A stretch of 64,000 nt of DNA from an uncultured Candidatus Saccharibacteria bacterium (GCA_964353135.1 CAYGTV010000001.1:87138-151137), one strand, 5' to 3'; shown: positions 20,407 to 32,463, numbered from the stretch's first letter. Notes: a model not told the origin generated them from the sequence alone. Translations and numbers: made by a program.

Positions 20407-22374
20407 ATGGCACGATCGGTTACTGTCGGAAATGGAAACGTACTGGTCGGTCTAGACAACCGTGGGCAGGTTCGTGATTTGTACTATCCGTTTGTCGGTG
20501 AAGCCAATCACGTTAGTGGAGCAAGTGGAAACTTCGTTCATCGGGTAGGGGTATTTGTTGACGGGACGATGTCATGGCTCGACGACCCAGCTTGGAAAGT
20601 AAACATCGGCGGTGAGGAGCACACGTGCGTGGGTTCGATGTTTGCCGAAAATACCTCCCTTAGAATTACTTTGTCCAGTCGTGATACGGTTCATAATGAA
20701 CACGACGTATTTCTGCGGCATTTTACTATCACCAACACCGGTGACAAAAAACGCGAGGTAAAACTATTTCTCGCTCAGCAATTTAGAATATATGAATCAA
20801 GGCGGGGTGATACTGGCTACTACGACCCACGAGTTGGTGCGATTGTGCACTACAAAGGTGAGACAACACTACTGGTAAATGCTTATGCCAACGGTAAACA
20901 GTTTTCAGAATACAACATTGGTTTATTTGGAATCGAAGGTAAACAGGGGACTTGGCTCGACGCTGAAGATGGTCGACTAGAGAACAACCCAATCGAGCAT
21001 GGGTCGGTTGATTCTGTCCTAGGGCTAACGTTTACCCTAGACGCCGGAGAGTCTAACCAGGCCCACTACTGGATTGTCTGCGCCAAATCTGTGTCTGAAG
21101 CCCACACCCTTGACGAGGTAGTACTCGAGGAAACTCCTGACGCACTGATTACTTCTACCGACGCGTACTGGACAGCGTGGCTCGAGAAAGAGTCACGTGA
21201 CATGACGGTCTTACCGGCATCACTACGTACTTTGTACCGACGCTCATTGATGATCATGCGCGTACACACCGACAACCGGGGTGGAACTATCGCTTCTTCA
21301 GACACTGACATGTTGCACCATGGGCGCGACACCTACAGCTACGTGTGGCCGCGTGACGGAGCGATGATTAGTCTGGCTTTTGATGCTGCCGGCTACCGGG
21401 ACGTTACCCGACGGTTTTTTGAATTTATGGCCAAGTGTCAGGAGCCAGGTGGGTATCTGATGCACAAGTACCGTAGTGACGGTGTACTCGGGAGTAGTTG
21501 GCATCCATGGATGATTAACGGTAAACCCCAGCTACCAATCCAAGAAGACGAGACATCATCTATTTTGTTTGCGCTTTGGAAGCACTACGAAAAATACAAA
21601 GACATTGAATTTATCGAAGAGTTGTACAATAGCTTTATTGAGCCAGCAGCAGAATTCATGTGTGACTACATCGAGCCAACCACCGGTTTACCACAAGCAT
21701 CGTTTGATTTGTGGGAAGAAAAATACGGCACCTCTACCTACACCAGTGCGAGCGTCTATGCTGGGCTGATGGCTGCAGCCAAATTTGCCCAGCTACTAGG
21801 GAAAGCTGGTCCAGCCCGCAGTTTTGAAGCGGTCGCGAGCCGGATTCAAACCGCAATTGGAGACGTATTGTTTGATAAAGAAACGGGCACGTTTGTAAAA
21901 CACGTCTTGCACACCGAAGATGAACTGGAATACGATCGCGTGATCGACACCAGTAGTCTGTATGCACTGCAACTGTTTGAAGTGTTTGACCTCGATGACG
22001 AGCGGGTGGTGAGCATGGTTAAAGCGGTTGAGGAAAAACTCCAGCTCCACGGCAACAGCAAAGGTTTTGTCCGCTACGAAGGCGACAACTACTACAAGCA
22101 ACATGACGCTGCGAGCCCTAACCCGTGGGTGATTTGTACTCTCTGGATTGCTCGCTACTACATTGAAACCGCCAAGACCAAAGACGACCTAAAATACCCG
22201 CTAGAAATCCTCGAATGGACTTCATCGCACGCCAGCAGCAGCGGAACCCTCTCAGAACAAATGCAACCTAACACCCGCGAACACCTTAGTGCTAGTCCAC
22301 TGGTCTGGAGTCACGCCGAGTTTGTGTTGGCGTCGTTAGCGTACGTAAAGAAAGCTGAAGAGTTGGAAAACTAA
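20407..22374 (+). CDS. GH15 glucoamylase/glucodextranase-like glycoside hydrolase
   Basis: (alpha/alpha)6-barrel signature region YSYVWPRDGAMISLAF, 655 aa. Confidence 0.7.
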   Translation: MARSVTVGNGNVLVGLDNRGQVRDLYYPFVGEANHVSGASGNFVHRVGVFVDGTMSWLDDPAWKVNIGGEEHTCVGSMFAENTSLRITLSSRDTVHNEHDVFLRHFTITNTGDKKREVKLFLAQQFRIYESRRGDTGYYDPRVGAIVHYKGETTLLVNAYANGKQFSEYNIGLFGIEGKQGTWLDAEDGRLENNPIEHGSVDSVLGLTFTLDAGESNQAHYWIVCAKSVSEAHTLDEVVLEETPDALITSTDAYWTAWLEKESRDMTVLPASLRTLYRRSLMIMRVHTDNRGGTIASSDTDMLHHGRDTYSYVWPRDGAMISLAFDAAGYRDVTRRFFEFMAKCQEPGGYLMHKYRSDGVLGSSWHPWMINGKPQLPIQEDETSSILFALWKHYEKYKDIEFIEELYNSFIEPAAEFMCDYIEPTTGLPQASFDLWEEKYGTSTYTSASVYAGLMAAAKFAQLLGKAGPARSFEAVASRIQTAIGDVLFDKETGTFVKHVLHTEDELEYDRVIDTSSLYALQLFEVFDLDDERVVSMVKAVEEKLQLHGNSKGFVRYEGDNYYKQHDAASPNPWVICTLWIARYYIETAKTKDDLKYPLEILEWTSSHASSSGTLSEQMQPNTREHLSASPLVWSHAEFVLASLAYVKKAEELEN

Positions 22375-22400
22375 TTTATATAAAATGACAAAGAGCCCCA

Positions 22401-22697
22401 CTAAGGAGGCTCTTCAATTTCTTCATATGCGATGTCAATGCACCAGCTAATTCCTTCATACTTGAACGAGCCAAATTCATTCAAGAATCGAACCATTTCA
22501 CGAAGAACAAGAGATCTCTGTTCCATGGAAAGTTTGGTGGACGACCGTACCCAGAACCTGAGGGTGTTACGGCCGTCCCAGTAGGACATCATTGGTTCAA
22601 CTCCGTGCGGCAGGTTTGGTCTAGCTGCTTTTACTGTTTCCAGCGCAGCTTTTACTACGACTGATTTTGCTTTTTCTGATTTAGGATAAGTGCTCAA
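22401..22697 (-). CDS. hypothetical protein
   Basis: A 98-aa ORF with no recognised motif. Confidence 0.35.
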   Translation of the reverse strand: MSTYPKSEKAKSVVVKAALETVKAARPNLPHGVEPMMSYWDGRNTLRFWVRSSTKLSMEQRSLVLREMVRFLNEFGSFKYEGISWCIDIAYEEIEEPP

Positions 22698-22752
22698 GGT
22701 TCTCTCCGTCCATTATGGTGATTTTAATATAAAAGCATATTATTCATAAAAA

Positions 22753-23604
22753 TCAAGAAATATCTTCAATTTTTGTACGATGAATTGACCAAGCGAGGCT
22801 AAGGGTGGGTGGAGTGAGTTTTTCACCGATTAGTTTGGCTAAGGTGCGCATGTAGGTGCCGCTTGAGGCGGTGCAGGTGAAATGGGCGATGTGGTATTCA
22901 GCTGGAAGTGTTTCGTCTGATTTAATTTGTTCCCAGTCAGCGCGGACGTCTACTCGGCGGAAGTCTGCGCCTAGCTGCTTATTTTTGTCTGTTACTTCTG
23001 GAATGGTGTCAATTTTAGCTCGAGCTTCAATACATACATCTTCTCGGGATTTTGTTTCGATATTGTTGAGGGTGAGGGAATAAATGGTCGATTTTCTCGT
23101 CGGGATCTCGATTTCATCTAGTCGACTTTCTAAGCTCCACTCAAACAATGGTTTCCCCTGGACAGTCTTGCTTGAAAAATGAGGATAGGGGAGTTCTACT
23201 TCTCCGGTTAGGTTTTGGCAAATTCGAGATAACTCCTCACCCAGAAGACTTGATTCATCCGCTCCTTCAGCGCCCCAGCCAACCCCACCCGGCGATAGTC
23301 GCTGCTTCTCTAAGTCTTCTAACTGGCGAGTTACGAGCCGTCCCAGTACATCATGTGTATCTGAACCTATCCCAAACAACACGGAAAATTCATAGGTTTT
23401 ATCTAGACCTAGGTATTCATCCTTCTTCTTACACTCATCACCAATCAGTACCAGCAATTTGCCTGATGCCATTGGATCGAGTCGGCCGGCGTAGGTGAGG
23501 GGAATATCAGCTGAAATACACTGAGTTGCACGCCAATTCTCCACACACTGCAGCGGCGTCTCTCCTACGGCCTTTTCAATAATTACGTATTTCGGGAGTT
23601 CCAT
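22753..23604 (-). CDS. pseudouridine synthase, TruB-like
   Basis: Catalytic Asp motif YAGRLDPMASGKLLVLIGDECKK followed by LDKTYEFSVLFGIGSDTHDVLG, compared with the TruB patterns GTLDP...K.Y...G..TDT.D..G. Confidence 0.55.
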   Translation of the reverse strand: MELPKYVIIEKAVGETPLQCVENWRATQCISADIPLTYAGRLDPMASGKLLVLIGDECKKKDEYLGLDKTYEFSVLFGIGSDTHDVLGRLVTRQLEDLEKQRLSPGGVGWGAEGADESSLLGEELSRICQNLTGEVELPYPHFSSKTVQGKPLFEWSLESRLDEIEIPTRKSTIYSLTLNNIETKSREDVCIEARAKIDTIPEVTDKNKQLGADFRRVDVRADWEQIKSDETLPAEYHIAHFTCTASSGTYMRTLAKLIGEKLTPPTLSLAWSIHRTKIEDIS

Positions 23605-23761
23605 TACCTGGAGCGTATCACAAAAGGTGAATTAACCCAGCGGGTTACCACCCAGAAACGAGTTCAGCATCATCAGCAATACAAACCCTCCAATCACCAG
23701 CAAAATAAATTTCATGTAGATATTATACATACCCAACCACCTAAAACTTATGCAGTATCGT

Positions 23762-23790
23762 CAACTTGACTCTATATCTTATGGGTGTAG
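23762..23790 (+). promoter_or_regulatory. promoter candidate for the ATPase operon (TTGACT-N16-TAGTAT)
   Basis: Located ~80 nt upstream of 23867. Confidence 0.3.
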
Positions 23791-23866
23791 TATGCAGTCG
23801 CAAAGGCTCTCGTTATATTGAGTAACTCCAGAGATTTGCATTGTAAAGCAAATTTGAATCTATTTT

Positions 23867-24184
23867 ATGACTGTACTCGACCAAGTGCTCGAAGCGGAAA
23901 CTCGCAGTGAAGTTGCTGTCAAAGCAGCCAAAGAGACTGCTGCCCGAACCATCGCGGAAGCTGAAACTGCTAAGCAGTCGGCTATTGCTGAAGCCAAAAT
24001 CGCGGCTTTACAAACTGTAGCTGAAGCGAAATCAGCTGCTCAAGCCAAAGCTGATAAAGAAGCAGCGGATATCATTACTGCAGCTGATAAAGAAGCAGCA
24101 ACAGTTAAAGAAACAATTACAGCCAAAGCGAACACACTCACCACAAGCGTTGTAGATGCTTTCAATAATGCTCAGGCTAGCTAG
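23867..24184 (+). CDS. A/V-type ATPase peripheral-stalk subunit (H/G-like)
   Basis: A 105-aa Ala/Glu/Lys-rich coiled coil that is the first gene of the operon. Confidence 0.5.
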   Translation: MTVLDQVLEAETRSEVAVKAAKETAARTIAEAETAKQSAIAEAKIAALQTVAEAKSAAQAKADKEAADIITAADKEAATVKETITAKANTLTTSVVDAFNNAQAS

Positions 24185-24190
24185 ACGTAT

Positions 24191-26143
24191 ATGGCTGTCG
24201 TCAACATGCAAAAAGTTCGAGCGATCGTTCATCAACCAGAAGTTGATGGTTTTTTAAGTGTATTGCAACGACACGGCGCAATGGAATTTACGCCGATTTC
24301 TGACAGTGCGTCATTACGAGCGCTGCCTACCAGCGCACCGCATGACGCGTTGTTGCCGCGAGTGCAGCACGCTGTTGCTTTCATAAAATCGTATGAAATA
24401 AAACGAGGTCTGTGGCAAACATTGCGTGAAGGATCGGTTGCTGAATATACCGAAGCGCAGATTGCAAAACAGCTGCAGGAAACAGAAGTGGTGGCCGATA
24501 TTACTCGCGATATTGAGGAAATTCAGGTTGAGTTAGCAGAAAAAAACGCTTTAGTAAGTAGTCTGGAGCGACAGCGTACACTACTAAAAACCTGGCTACC
24601 AGTAGAAAACCGGTTGGGTGATATTGACACAAATACAACTACATCACTACTAGTAACAACCGAACGTCCAACCAAAGTCTCGGTCTACAAACTATTGACC
24701 GACGGATTGTCTGTACATTCATTTACAGTTGCAACCGAGACCTATGGTGGTGTGGTCTTGCTTACAGTTTTACGTGAAGAGTTAGCTGCGGTAGAGGCTG
24801 CAGTAACTGAATCAGGTCTGGTCGTAGTAGATCGACCAGAAGGGGTTGAAACAGCAACGACAGAATTAACCAAAGTAGAAGAAAAACTAGCTGCTGCAAT
24901 TAGTGCCCAGGCTGTAGTGCATGATCAAGCCTCTCATACGGCACACACACATTTACCTCAATTACGGATTGCTGCTGAGATATTGCAGTGGGAAGCTGAT
25001 CGCTTCGCTACGTTTGCTACAGCCGGAGCGACCGCGTCGACAGTGGTGTTTGATGGTTGGTTGCGATCAGATATGGTAGATACGGTTGAGTCTGAATTAC
25101 ACTCAGCCGGAGTAGTGGCGCTCATTAGCCAGGTTGAACCAGCAGCAGACGAAGTTCCTCCTGTAGAAATCAAAAACGGAGCCTTCATTCAACCATTTGA
25201 AGCGGTGACTCGACTCTACGGGATGCCTGGTCACACCGACCTTGATCCAACACTCTTCCTAGCTGGATTCTTCTTCCTATTCTTTGGATTGTCTCTGACT
25301 GATGTTGGATATGGTGCGACTTTGGTAGTGATCAGTGGAGGACTTCTCATGTTTGCAAAATTGCGTGATGGGGTGCGATCAATGATGAAACTACTGTTCT
25401 ACATTGGAATTGCGACTATGTTAGTTGGTATGCTCTTTGGTGGATATTTTGGAATTGCACCAGAACTTCTCCCAGCACCCCTGCAAGCCTTGCAACAGTT
25501 TGATCCAATTGGTAACCCATTACCAGTGTTCTATCTTGCGCTTGGTTTAGGTGTCTTCCAAGTGATGATTGGTATGTTGCTCAAAATCTACAGTGATTCG
25601 CGTAACGGTAAACTGATTGATGGTATTTGGGAGCAAGGTCCATGGTTGCTGTTGTTTATGGTTGGGATTGTATACGTAGCTGGTATGTTTGACCTGGTTA
25701 CTGTACCAACAGAAACCTTGGTACGGGTTGCCTATGTTGGGCTAGGGCTACTCATCATTGGAGCGGTTCGAGCCAGCGATGGTGTGCTGTCAGCCTTGAT
25801 GAATATTGGCGGTAGTTTGTACGGCAGTGTTGGGTATTTGTCTGACATCTTGTCATACTCTCGACTACTGGCACTTGGTTTAGCTACTACTGCGCTAGCG
25901 TTTGCAGTCAACTTGATTGCAGGGATTGTGTATGACACTAATCCGATCCTTGGTCCGGTGTTTGCGGTGATTATTCTGTTGATTGGTCACACGTTTACAC
26001 TTGCGGTAAACACACTCGGGGCCTTCATCCATAGTGCACGATTGCAGTTTGTGGAATTCTTTGGCAAGTTTGTGGTCGGCACCGGAAAGAGTTTTGCGCC
26101 CCTGGCGCGCACTGATCAGCATGTAACGGTCCAAAAAGAATGA
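24191..26143 (+). CDS. A/V-type ATPase subunit I (a)
   Basis: 650 aa with a soluble N-terminal half and a polytopic C-terminal half, in the conserved operon position. Confidence 0.8.
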   Translation: MAVVNMQKVRAIVHQPEVDGFLSVLQRHGAMEFTPISDSASLRALPTSAPHDALLPRVQHAVAFIKSYEIKRGLWQTLREGSVAEYTEAQIAKQLQETEVVADITRDIEEIQVELAEKNALVSSLERQRTLLKTWLPVENRLGDIDTNTTTSLLVTTERPTKVSVYKLLTDGLSVHSFTVATETYGGVVLLTVLREELAAVEAAVTESGLVVVDRPEGVETATTELTKVEEKLAAAISAQAVVHDQASHTAHTHLPQLRIAAEILQWEADRFATFATAGATASTVVFDGWLRSDMVDTVESELHSAGVVALISQVEPAADEVPPVEIKNGAFIQPFEAVTRLYGMPGHTDLDPTLFLAGFFFLFFGLSLTDVGYGATLVVISGGLLMFAKLRDGVRSMMKLLFYIGIATMLVGMLFGGYFGIAPELLPAPLQALQQFDPIGNPLPVFYLALGLGVFQVMIGMLLKIYSDSRNGKLIDGIWEQGPWLLLFMVGIVYVAGMFDLVTVPTETLVRVAYVGLGLLIIGAVRASDGVLSALMNIGGSLYGSVGYLSDILSYSRLLALGLATTALAFAVNLIAGIVYDTNPILGPVFAVIILLIGHTFTLAVNTLGAFIHSARLQFVEFFGKFVVGTGKSFAPLARTDQHVTVQKE

Positions 26144-26164
26144 CCGTGCATAGAGTTGTCGTAA

Positions 26165-26686
<522 letters not shown>

Positions 26687-26689
26687 TAT

Positions 26690-27055
26690 ATGGAAACCAA
26701 AGCATTACTAGAAAAAATAATTGCTAGTCAGGTAGAAGCTGTATCTGCAATCGAAGCTGAAGTACAAGCTGCTGTATCTGCAATCGAAGCTGAAGTACAA
26801 GCTGCTGTAGCTGTTATTGAAACAGACGCACAAGCAGTAGCTGAAAAAGCAGCAGCTCAAATCAGTCGGGCTACCTTGGCGCAAGCTAGGCAGTCTGGTT
26901 CCCTGGCCGTACAAACTGCTAGACGGGCAGCGTTTGATGACATCATGGCAGCAGCCAAGCAAACAGTTGCTGGTGATGATGCAGTTGCTGCACGAGCGTT
27001 TGACGACAAGCGTGCGCAGCTTGAGCTGCATCTAGCTGGACAACTTCCTGCATAA
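26690..27055 (+). CDS. A/V-type ATPase stalk subunit, E-like but short
   Basis: A 121-aa Ala-rich helical protein in the E position. It contains a perfect 33-bp tandem duplication (26742-26807). Confidence 0.45.
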   Translation: METKALLEKIIASQVEAVSAIEAEVQAAVSAIEAEVQAAVAVIETDAQAVAEKAAAQISRATLAQARQSGSLAVQTARRAAFDDIMAAAKQTVAGDDAVAARAFDDKRAQLELHLAGQLPA

Positions 27056-27060
27056 TAATT

Positions 27061-28044
27061 ATGAACACGTCGTATATCTACAGCGCCTCAAGAGTCACCA
27101 CTCTTAGTCAAGAACTACTCTCAAAAACCGACATTGATCGGTTGTTGGTAGCGACTCCTGGTCAGCGACTGACTGGCGCCCTCAAAGAAACATATCTGGC
27201 GCCATATTTGCTCCAGGTTCCAAATGAGGATATGGCAGCAGCGATTGAATTAACACTAATCGAGGCTCAATCGTTGATTTCAAGTATCGCGCCTGATAGT
27301 GCTCAGTTTGCGGTGCTGTGGGTGCAATACGACATTCATAATTTGCGAGTGTTGGCCAAAGCTACCGCAACTGAGATGACTACAGAGCAGCTAGCTGATT
27401 ATTTCTCACACCGTGGCTCGTATGAACCGGCAATACTAGCTCAGTATGCGAGAGAGGAGTCACTCAGTAATTTGCAGCCTGGTTGGCAGGAATCATATAA
27501 CAAAGCGGTTGAACTGGTTGCAGCCGGTCAACTTGATGCTGTTGATGCGGTGTTTGATGCTTTGGTGTTGTCTGCGATGGTGCAGATTGCCACCGCTGCC
27601 AAAGACCCATTTATTACCAAGTATGCTCAGGCCGTGATAGATATGCACAATATCAAATCAAACCTGCGTTCACTAAAATTGGGAGGCAAAATTGGTCGAC
27701 CGGCACATGCCGCGGGTGGAACTATTTCTGCTGACAGACTGAGTGATGTGGGTCAGATTGCTGGTGTTTTAGAGTGCTTAGCACCAGGACATTTCACTAG
27801 TGCACTCGAGCAGTACCAGCTAGACGGTCATACTACAGTGCTAGATGCTCGTTTTGATGAGTATCTGATCAAGCTCGCTCACGAAGCTCGAATTGATATG
27901 TTTAGTGCAGCGTCAATCGTTGCGTACTACTTGCACGTGCGACAGTCTGCTACCAACGTCCGTACAATTGTAGTTGGTCTAGAGAGTGGGCAGGAGGCTG
28001 ATGTTATTCGACCAAATATTCGTATGTCTTATGTCACTAACTAA
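27061..28044 (+). CDS. A/V-type ATPase subunit C (d)
   Basis: 327 aa, helical, in the operon position between E and F. Confidence 0.7.
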   Translation: MNTSYIYSASRVTTLSQELLSKTDIDRLLVATPGQRLTGALKETYLAPYLLQVPNEDMAAAIELTLIEAQSLISSIAPDSAQFAVLWVQYDIHNLRVLAKATATEMTTEQLADYFSHRGSYEPAILAQYAREESLSNLQPGWQESYNKAVELVAAGQLDAVDAVFDALVLSAMVQIATAAKDPFITKYAQAVIDMHNIKSNLRSLKLGGKIGRPAHAAGGTISADRLSDVGQIAGVLECLAPGHFTSALEQYQLDGHTTVLDARFDEYLIKLAHEARIDMFSAASIVAYYLHVRQSATNVRTIVVGLESGQEADVIRPNIRMSYVTN

Positions 28045-28393
28045 CAAAAAAACGAGTGCATACAAAATTGCAATTATCGGCCCAGCAGACATGGTGTCAG
28101 GATTGCAAGCATTAGGTGTGGAGGCACATAACGCTACTAATCCAGCTGAAGCGCTTGAGCAGCTGCGAGCAATCAAGAAAATCAACAGCGATCTAGAAGA
28201 CAATCGAACCTACGCTGTGGTCTGTGTGATTGACGATGTGTTGAAAGACATCGACCAGACAGAATACGCCAAAGCAATTGAAGGGGCGCTGCCGGCAGTT
28301 GTGGTATTGCCTGGACCAGCTGGTTCAAGCGGAGTTGCAATTGAGCGACTGCGACTCTTGGCACAAAAAGCCGTTGGGTCATCCCTCATATAG
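28031..28393 (+). CDS. A/V-type ATPase subunit F
   Basis: KIAIIGPADMVSGLQALGVEA matches the subunit F N-terminal pattern. The ATG at 28031 overlaps the subunit C stop by 14 nt. Confidence 0.6.
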   Translation: MSLTNKKTSAYKIAIIGPADMVSGLQALGVEAHNATNPAEALEQLRAIKKINSDLEDNRTYAVVCVIDDVLKDIDQTEYAKAIEGALPAVVVLPGPAGSSGVAIERLRLLAQKAVGSSLI

Positions 28394-28503
28394 AAGCCGA
28401 GTTCAGAAACTTTGGCAGCAGCACAAAAAACTATTTTAGGTTGCTGCCAGAGTTTCTGGGAAGAAAATTATTACCAAGGAAGATTACAAAAGAAACTATT
28501 ATT

Positions 28504-30282
28504 ATGACTGAAGATCAAAAAGCGGGAGAAATCATCCGCGTCACTGGACCGCTTGTTCGGGCAACTGGAATGAGTACAGCTAAACTGTACGAGGTTGTAC
28601 GCGTGGGTGAGGAAAAGCTCATGGGTGAAATCATTGAGCTACACGGCGAAACAGCCGCTATCCAGGTATATGAAGAAACTGCAGGAATCGCTCCAGGTGA
28701 CCCGATTTATCTAACTGGACGAACTATGTCAGTGGCTCTAGCTCCAGGGTTACTTACTTCTATTTATGATGGGGTGCAGCGACCACTAGCAACTATCGAA
28801 GAAGCAGCTCAAAGTCCGTACATTAAACGAGGGATTGAAGCTGATCCTATCGACATGTCAAAGACGTGGGATTTTAAACCAACTGTACAGGTTGGTGATA
28901 CGGTCGGCGAAGGTGATGTATTGGGAACTGTTCAAGAAACGACTGTGATCGAGCACAAAGTGATGGTGCCTCCGGGAATGTCAGGGACTGTTGAGTCTAT
29001 CGAATCAGGTTCAAAAAATGTCACTGAAACCATCGCTGTAATCAAAACAGACGAAGGTTCAGTCTCTGTTGCCATGCTGCAGTACTGGCCAATTCGTGTT
29101 GCTCGTCCAAAAGCTAAAAAAATCTTCCCAAGTACACCACTTCGAACTGGTGGTCGTTCAATCGACACATTCTTCCCAATTGCTAAAGGTGGAGCTGGGT
29201 GTATTCCTGGACCATTTGGGGCTGGTAAAACAGTGACCCAGCAAAGTATCTCTAAATACTGTGATGCACAAATCATCGTATACATCGGTTGTGGTGAACG
29301 AGGAAACGAAATGACAGAAGTGTTGACTGAATTCCCACACCTAGTTGACCCAAACACTGGGGAGCCATTGATGAAGCGAACCATCCTCATCGCTAACACC
29401 TCAAACATGCCAGTAGCTGCGCGTGAGGCTTCTGTATATACAGGAATCACTATCGCAGAATACTACCGAGACATGGGATACCATGTTGCGCTAATGGCTG
29501 ACTCGACTTCACGTTGGGCAGAAGCGATGCGTGAAATTTCAGGACGTCTAGAGGAAATGCCAGGTGAAGAAGGCTACCCAGCGTACCTATCATCACGAAC
29601 AGCAGAATTCTACGAACGAGCTGGAATGGTCAAAGCGCTTGGCTCAGAAGGACGAGAAGGTTCACTAACTGTAATCGGTGCGGTATCGCCTCCGGGGGGA
29701 GACCTCTCTGAACCAGTGTCACAGTCAACCCTACGTGTGACCAAGACTTTCTGGTCACTTGATGCTGGGCTAGCGTACAAAAAGCACTTCCCAAGTATTA
29801 ACTGGCTTACGTCATACTCACTCTACGCCCCAAACTTTGAAAAGTTCTGGGCCGAAGAAGTAGCACCTGACTACAGTGAATACCGAACCAAGGCTATCGA
29901 ACTACTTGGGCGAGAAGCGTCGCTGTTGGAAATCGTACGATTGGTAGGTATGGAATCACTTTCTAACGAAGAACGACTGGTGATAGAAGTAGCACGTATG
30001 CTACGAGAAGACTTCCTGTTCCAGGACGCCTTCTCACCAGACGATGCCTACACACCACTTGATCGACAGTATGGAATGTTGAAATCAATGATGACATTTT
30101 TTGAAGCCGGATTGCCAGTGGTAACCACTGAAGACTTTGATTTTTCTACATTTTCAAAGATCGATTCATACGCCCAAGTTGCAACTTTGAAAGATCAGTT
30201 GAAATGGACCAAAGAAGACTTTGCGACTTTCCAGGACAAGATTCGAAGTGAGATTACTAGCCTAGTAGCTAACGCTGCCTAA
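28504..30282 (+). CDS. A/V-type ATPase catalytic subunit A
   Basis: P-loop GPFGAGKT, a non-homologous insert region and Walker B. The ATG at 28504 ([13 protein letters not shown]) was chosen. Confidence 0.85.
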   Translation: MTEDQKAGEIIRVTGPLVRATGMSTAKLYEVVRVGEEKLMGEIIELHGETAAIQVYEETAGIAPGDPIYLTGRTMSVALAPGLLTSIYDGVQRPLATIEEAAQSPYIKRGIEADPIDMSKTWDFKPTVQVGDTVGEGDVLGTVQETTVIEHKVMVPPGMSGTVESIESGSKNVTETIAVIKTDEGSVSVAMLQYWPIRVARPKAKKIFPSTPLRTGGRSIDTFFPIAKGGAGCIPGPFGAGKTVTQQSISKYCDAQIIVYIGCGERGNEMTEVLTEFPHLVDPNTGEPLMKRTILIANTSNMPVAAREASVYTGITIAEYYRDMGYHVALMADSTSRWAEAMREISGRLEEMPGEEGYPAYLSSRTAEFYERAGMVKALGSEGREGSLTVIGAVSPPGGDLSEPVSQSTLRVTKTFWSLDAGLAYKKHFPSINWLTSYSLYAPNFEKFWAEEVAPDYSEYRTKAIELLGREASLLEIVRLVGMESLSNEERLVIEVARMLREDFLFQDAFSPDDAYTPLDRQYGMLKSMMTFFEAGLPVVTTEDFDFSTFSKIDSYAQVATLKDQLKWTKEDFATFQDKIRSEITSLVANAA

Positions 30283-30292
30283 CTCCAAAAAT

Positions 30293-31690
30293 ATGAGTAA
30301 AGAATACAAAACAGTTTCTGATATTGCCGGACCACTAATGATTGTGGAGGGTGTTGAAGGAGCAGCCTATGAAGAACTGGTAGAAGTGATGGTTCCAGGT
30401 GAAAAAGCACCTCGATTTGGAAAAGTACTCGACACGAGTAAAGGACGAGCGGTAGTGCAGATGTTTGCACCAACAGCAGGCATGACCACTGAAAACACGT
30501 CAGTGCGTTTCAAAGGTGAAACACTTAAACTGGGTGTGAGTTCAGACATGCTCGGTCGGGTGTTTACCGGAACTGGTGAAGTGGCGGACGGTGGACCAGC
30601 GATTATTCCCGAAGAACGTCGAGACATCGCCGGAGACCCAATGAATCCGTACTCACGTGAATTCCCGGATGACTTTATCCAAACGGGGATCGGTTCAATT
30701 GACGTAATGAACACGCTAGTGCGTGGGCAGAAACTACCGATTTTCTCTGGAGCTGGGTTACCACATGCTCGCCTTGCGGCTCAGATCGCTCGTCAGGCAA
30801 CCGTGAAAGACGGGGCAGAGTTTGCGATTGTGTTTGGAACCCTCGGAGTTTCATTTGAAGAAGCGGAATACTTCCGTCGAGAATTTGAAGAAGCTGGAGC
30901 GCTAGAACGATCAGTGCTATTCATCAACACCGCAGCCGACCCAGTGGTTGAACGTATCTCAACACCGCGTATGGCACTCACAACAGCGGAATACCTCGCG
31001 TTTGAAAAAGGGATGCACGTACTCGTCATCCTGACTGATATGACCAACTACTGTGAAGCCCTGCGAGAAGTCTCAGCTGCTCGAAAAGAAGTTCCAGGAC
31101 GTCGTGGATACCCAGGGTATCTATACACCGACCTTTCTACTCTCTATGAACGAGCTGGAGCAGTGAAAGGGAAAGAGGGGACTATTACCCAAATCCCAAT
31201 TCTCTCAATGCCGGACGACGATAAAACGCACCCGGTACCAGACCTTACTGGTTACATCACAGAAGGGCAGTTCGTGATCTCACGAGAGTTGTTCGGTAAA
31301 GGAGTGTTCCCGCCAGTGGATGTACAAGGTTCACTGTCACGACTCTGGTCAGCCGGAGTAGGGGAAGGAAAGACCAGGGCAGATCACAAAAACCTCAAAG
31401 ACCAACTCTTTGCGTCATACGCCACTGGTCGAGAAGTAAAAGAGCTTGCAGTGGTACTCGGTGAAGCATCACTCGATGCAACTGACCTTGCGCACCTTAA
31501 ATTCGCTGATGCGTTTGAACGAGAATTCGTTGGGCAAGGTGAATACGAAAACCGATCTGTGGAAGAGTCACTCGACAAAGGTTGGGAGTTGCTAAAAATG
31601 CTGCCACGAACGTCACTCAAACGAGTAAAACCAGCTGAGATTGACCAGTACATCGGTAAAGAGGAGGTTAATGAAGAAGCTGCTGCATAG
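30293..31690 (+). CDS. A/V-type ATPase subunit B
   Basis: 465 aa with a degenerate P-loop region, typical of the B subunit. Confidence 0.85.
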   Translation: MSKEYKTVSDIAGPLMIVEGVEGAAYEELVEVMVPGEKAPRFGKVLDTSKGRAVVQMFAPTAGMTTENTSVRFKGETLKLGVSSDMLGRVFTGTGEVADGGPAIIPEERRDIAGDPMNPYSREFPDDFIQTGIGSIDVMNTLVRGQKLPIFSGAGLPHARLAAQIARQATVKDGAEFAIVFGTLGVSFEEAEYFRREFEEAGALERSVLFINTAADPVVERISTPRMALTTAEYLAFEKGMHVLVILTDMTNYCEALREVSAARKEVPGRRGYPGYLYTDLSTLYERAGAVKGKEGTITQIPILSMPDDDKTHPVPDLTGYITEGQFVISRELFGKGVFPPVDVQGSLSRLWSAGVGEGKTRADHKNLKDQLFASYATGREVKELAVVLGEASLDATDLAHLKFADAFEREFVGQGEYENRSVEESLDKGWELLKMLPRTSLKRVKPAEIDQYIGKEEVNEEAAA

Positions 31691-31692
31691 TC

Positions 31693-32331
31693 ATGGCTAT
31701 TCTAAAAGTTAACCCAACCCGAATTGCATTACTTGGACTCAAGAAAGAGCTCAAGACAGCCAAAAAGGGTCACAAACTACTCAAAGACAAGCGAGACGGA
31801 CTCGTGAAGAAATTCATGGCGGTTATTTATGAAGCCAAAGCAGTTCGTGAGAGCGTCGAAGCGCGCCTTGGTTCTGCGTTTGATTCATACACCCGAGCGA
31901 GCGCAATGACCAACGCAGCGTCACTTGATACGGCATTTTTGGCACCCAACGCCAAGATCGACCTAGACGTGAAAATTAAAAACGTGATGTCAGTGAAAAT
32001 TCCTGAGTTCCAAATCACTAAATCAGGGTCAGCCTTTTCGTACGGGATGCTTGAAACAACCGGTGACCTCGACAACGCAATGGTTAAATTTGATGAAGTA
32101 TTTGTCGACATTCTGAAATTAGCAGAGTTAGAAAAAACGGCTGAAAATTTAGCTGAAGAAATCGAAAAAACCCGGCGACGTGTGTCAGCGCTCGAAAACG
32201 TCCGTATCCCGAACTTTGAAGAGACAATTAAGTTCATCACCATGCAGTTGGATGAGCGCAACCGTGACGCTGTCGTTTCAACTATGCGAGTTAAGTCCAT
32301 GATTGTAGCTAAAGAAGAACAAACAGCTTAA
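31693..32331 (+). CDS. A/V-type ATPase subunit D
   Basis: A 212-aa coiled coil that is the last gene of the operon. Confidence 0.8.
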   Translation: MAILKVNPTRIALLGLKKELKTAKKGHKLLKDKRDGLVKKFMAVIYEAKAVRESVEARLGSAFDSYTRASAMTNAASLDTAFLAPNAKIDLDVKIKNVMSVKIPEFQITKSGSAFSYGMLETTGDLDNAMVKFDEVFVDILKLAELEKTAENLAEEIEKTRRRVSALENVRIPNFEETIKFITMQLDERNRDAVVSTMRVKSMIVAKEEQTA

Positions 32332-32463
32332 ATCTGGCGAATCTGTACCCGCTTCGTGAATCGGCCGGCGTCACCGTACAGCCGTACGACTCCTTGTCCA
32401 ATTCACTGCGCCGAGCACACCTTCATCCAGATTAAAGCTGTTTGTAACAAGAGGAGTAAGTAA

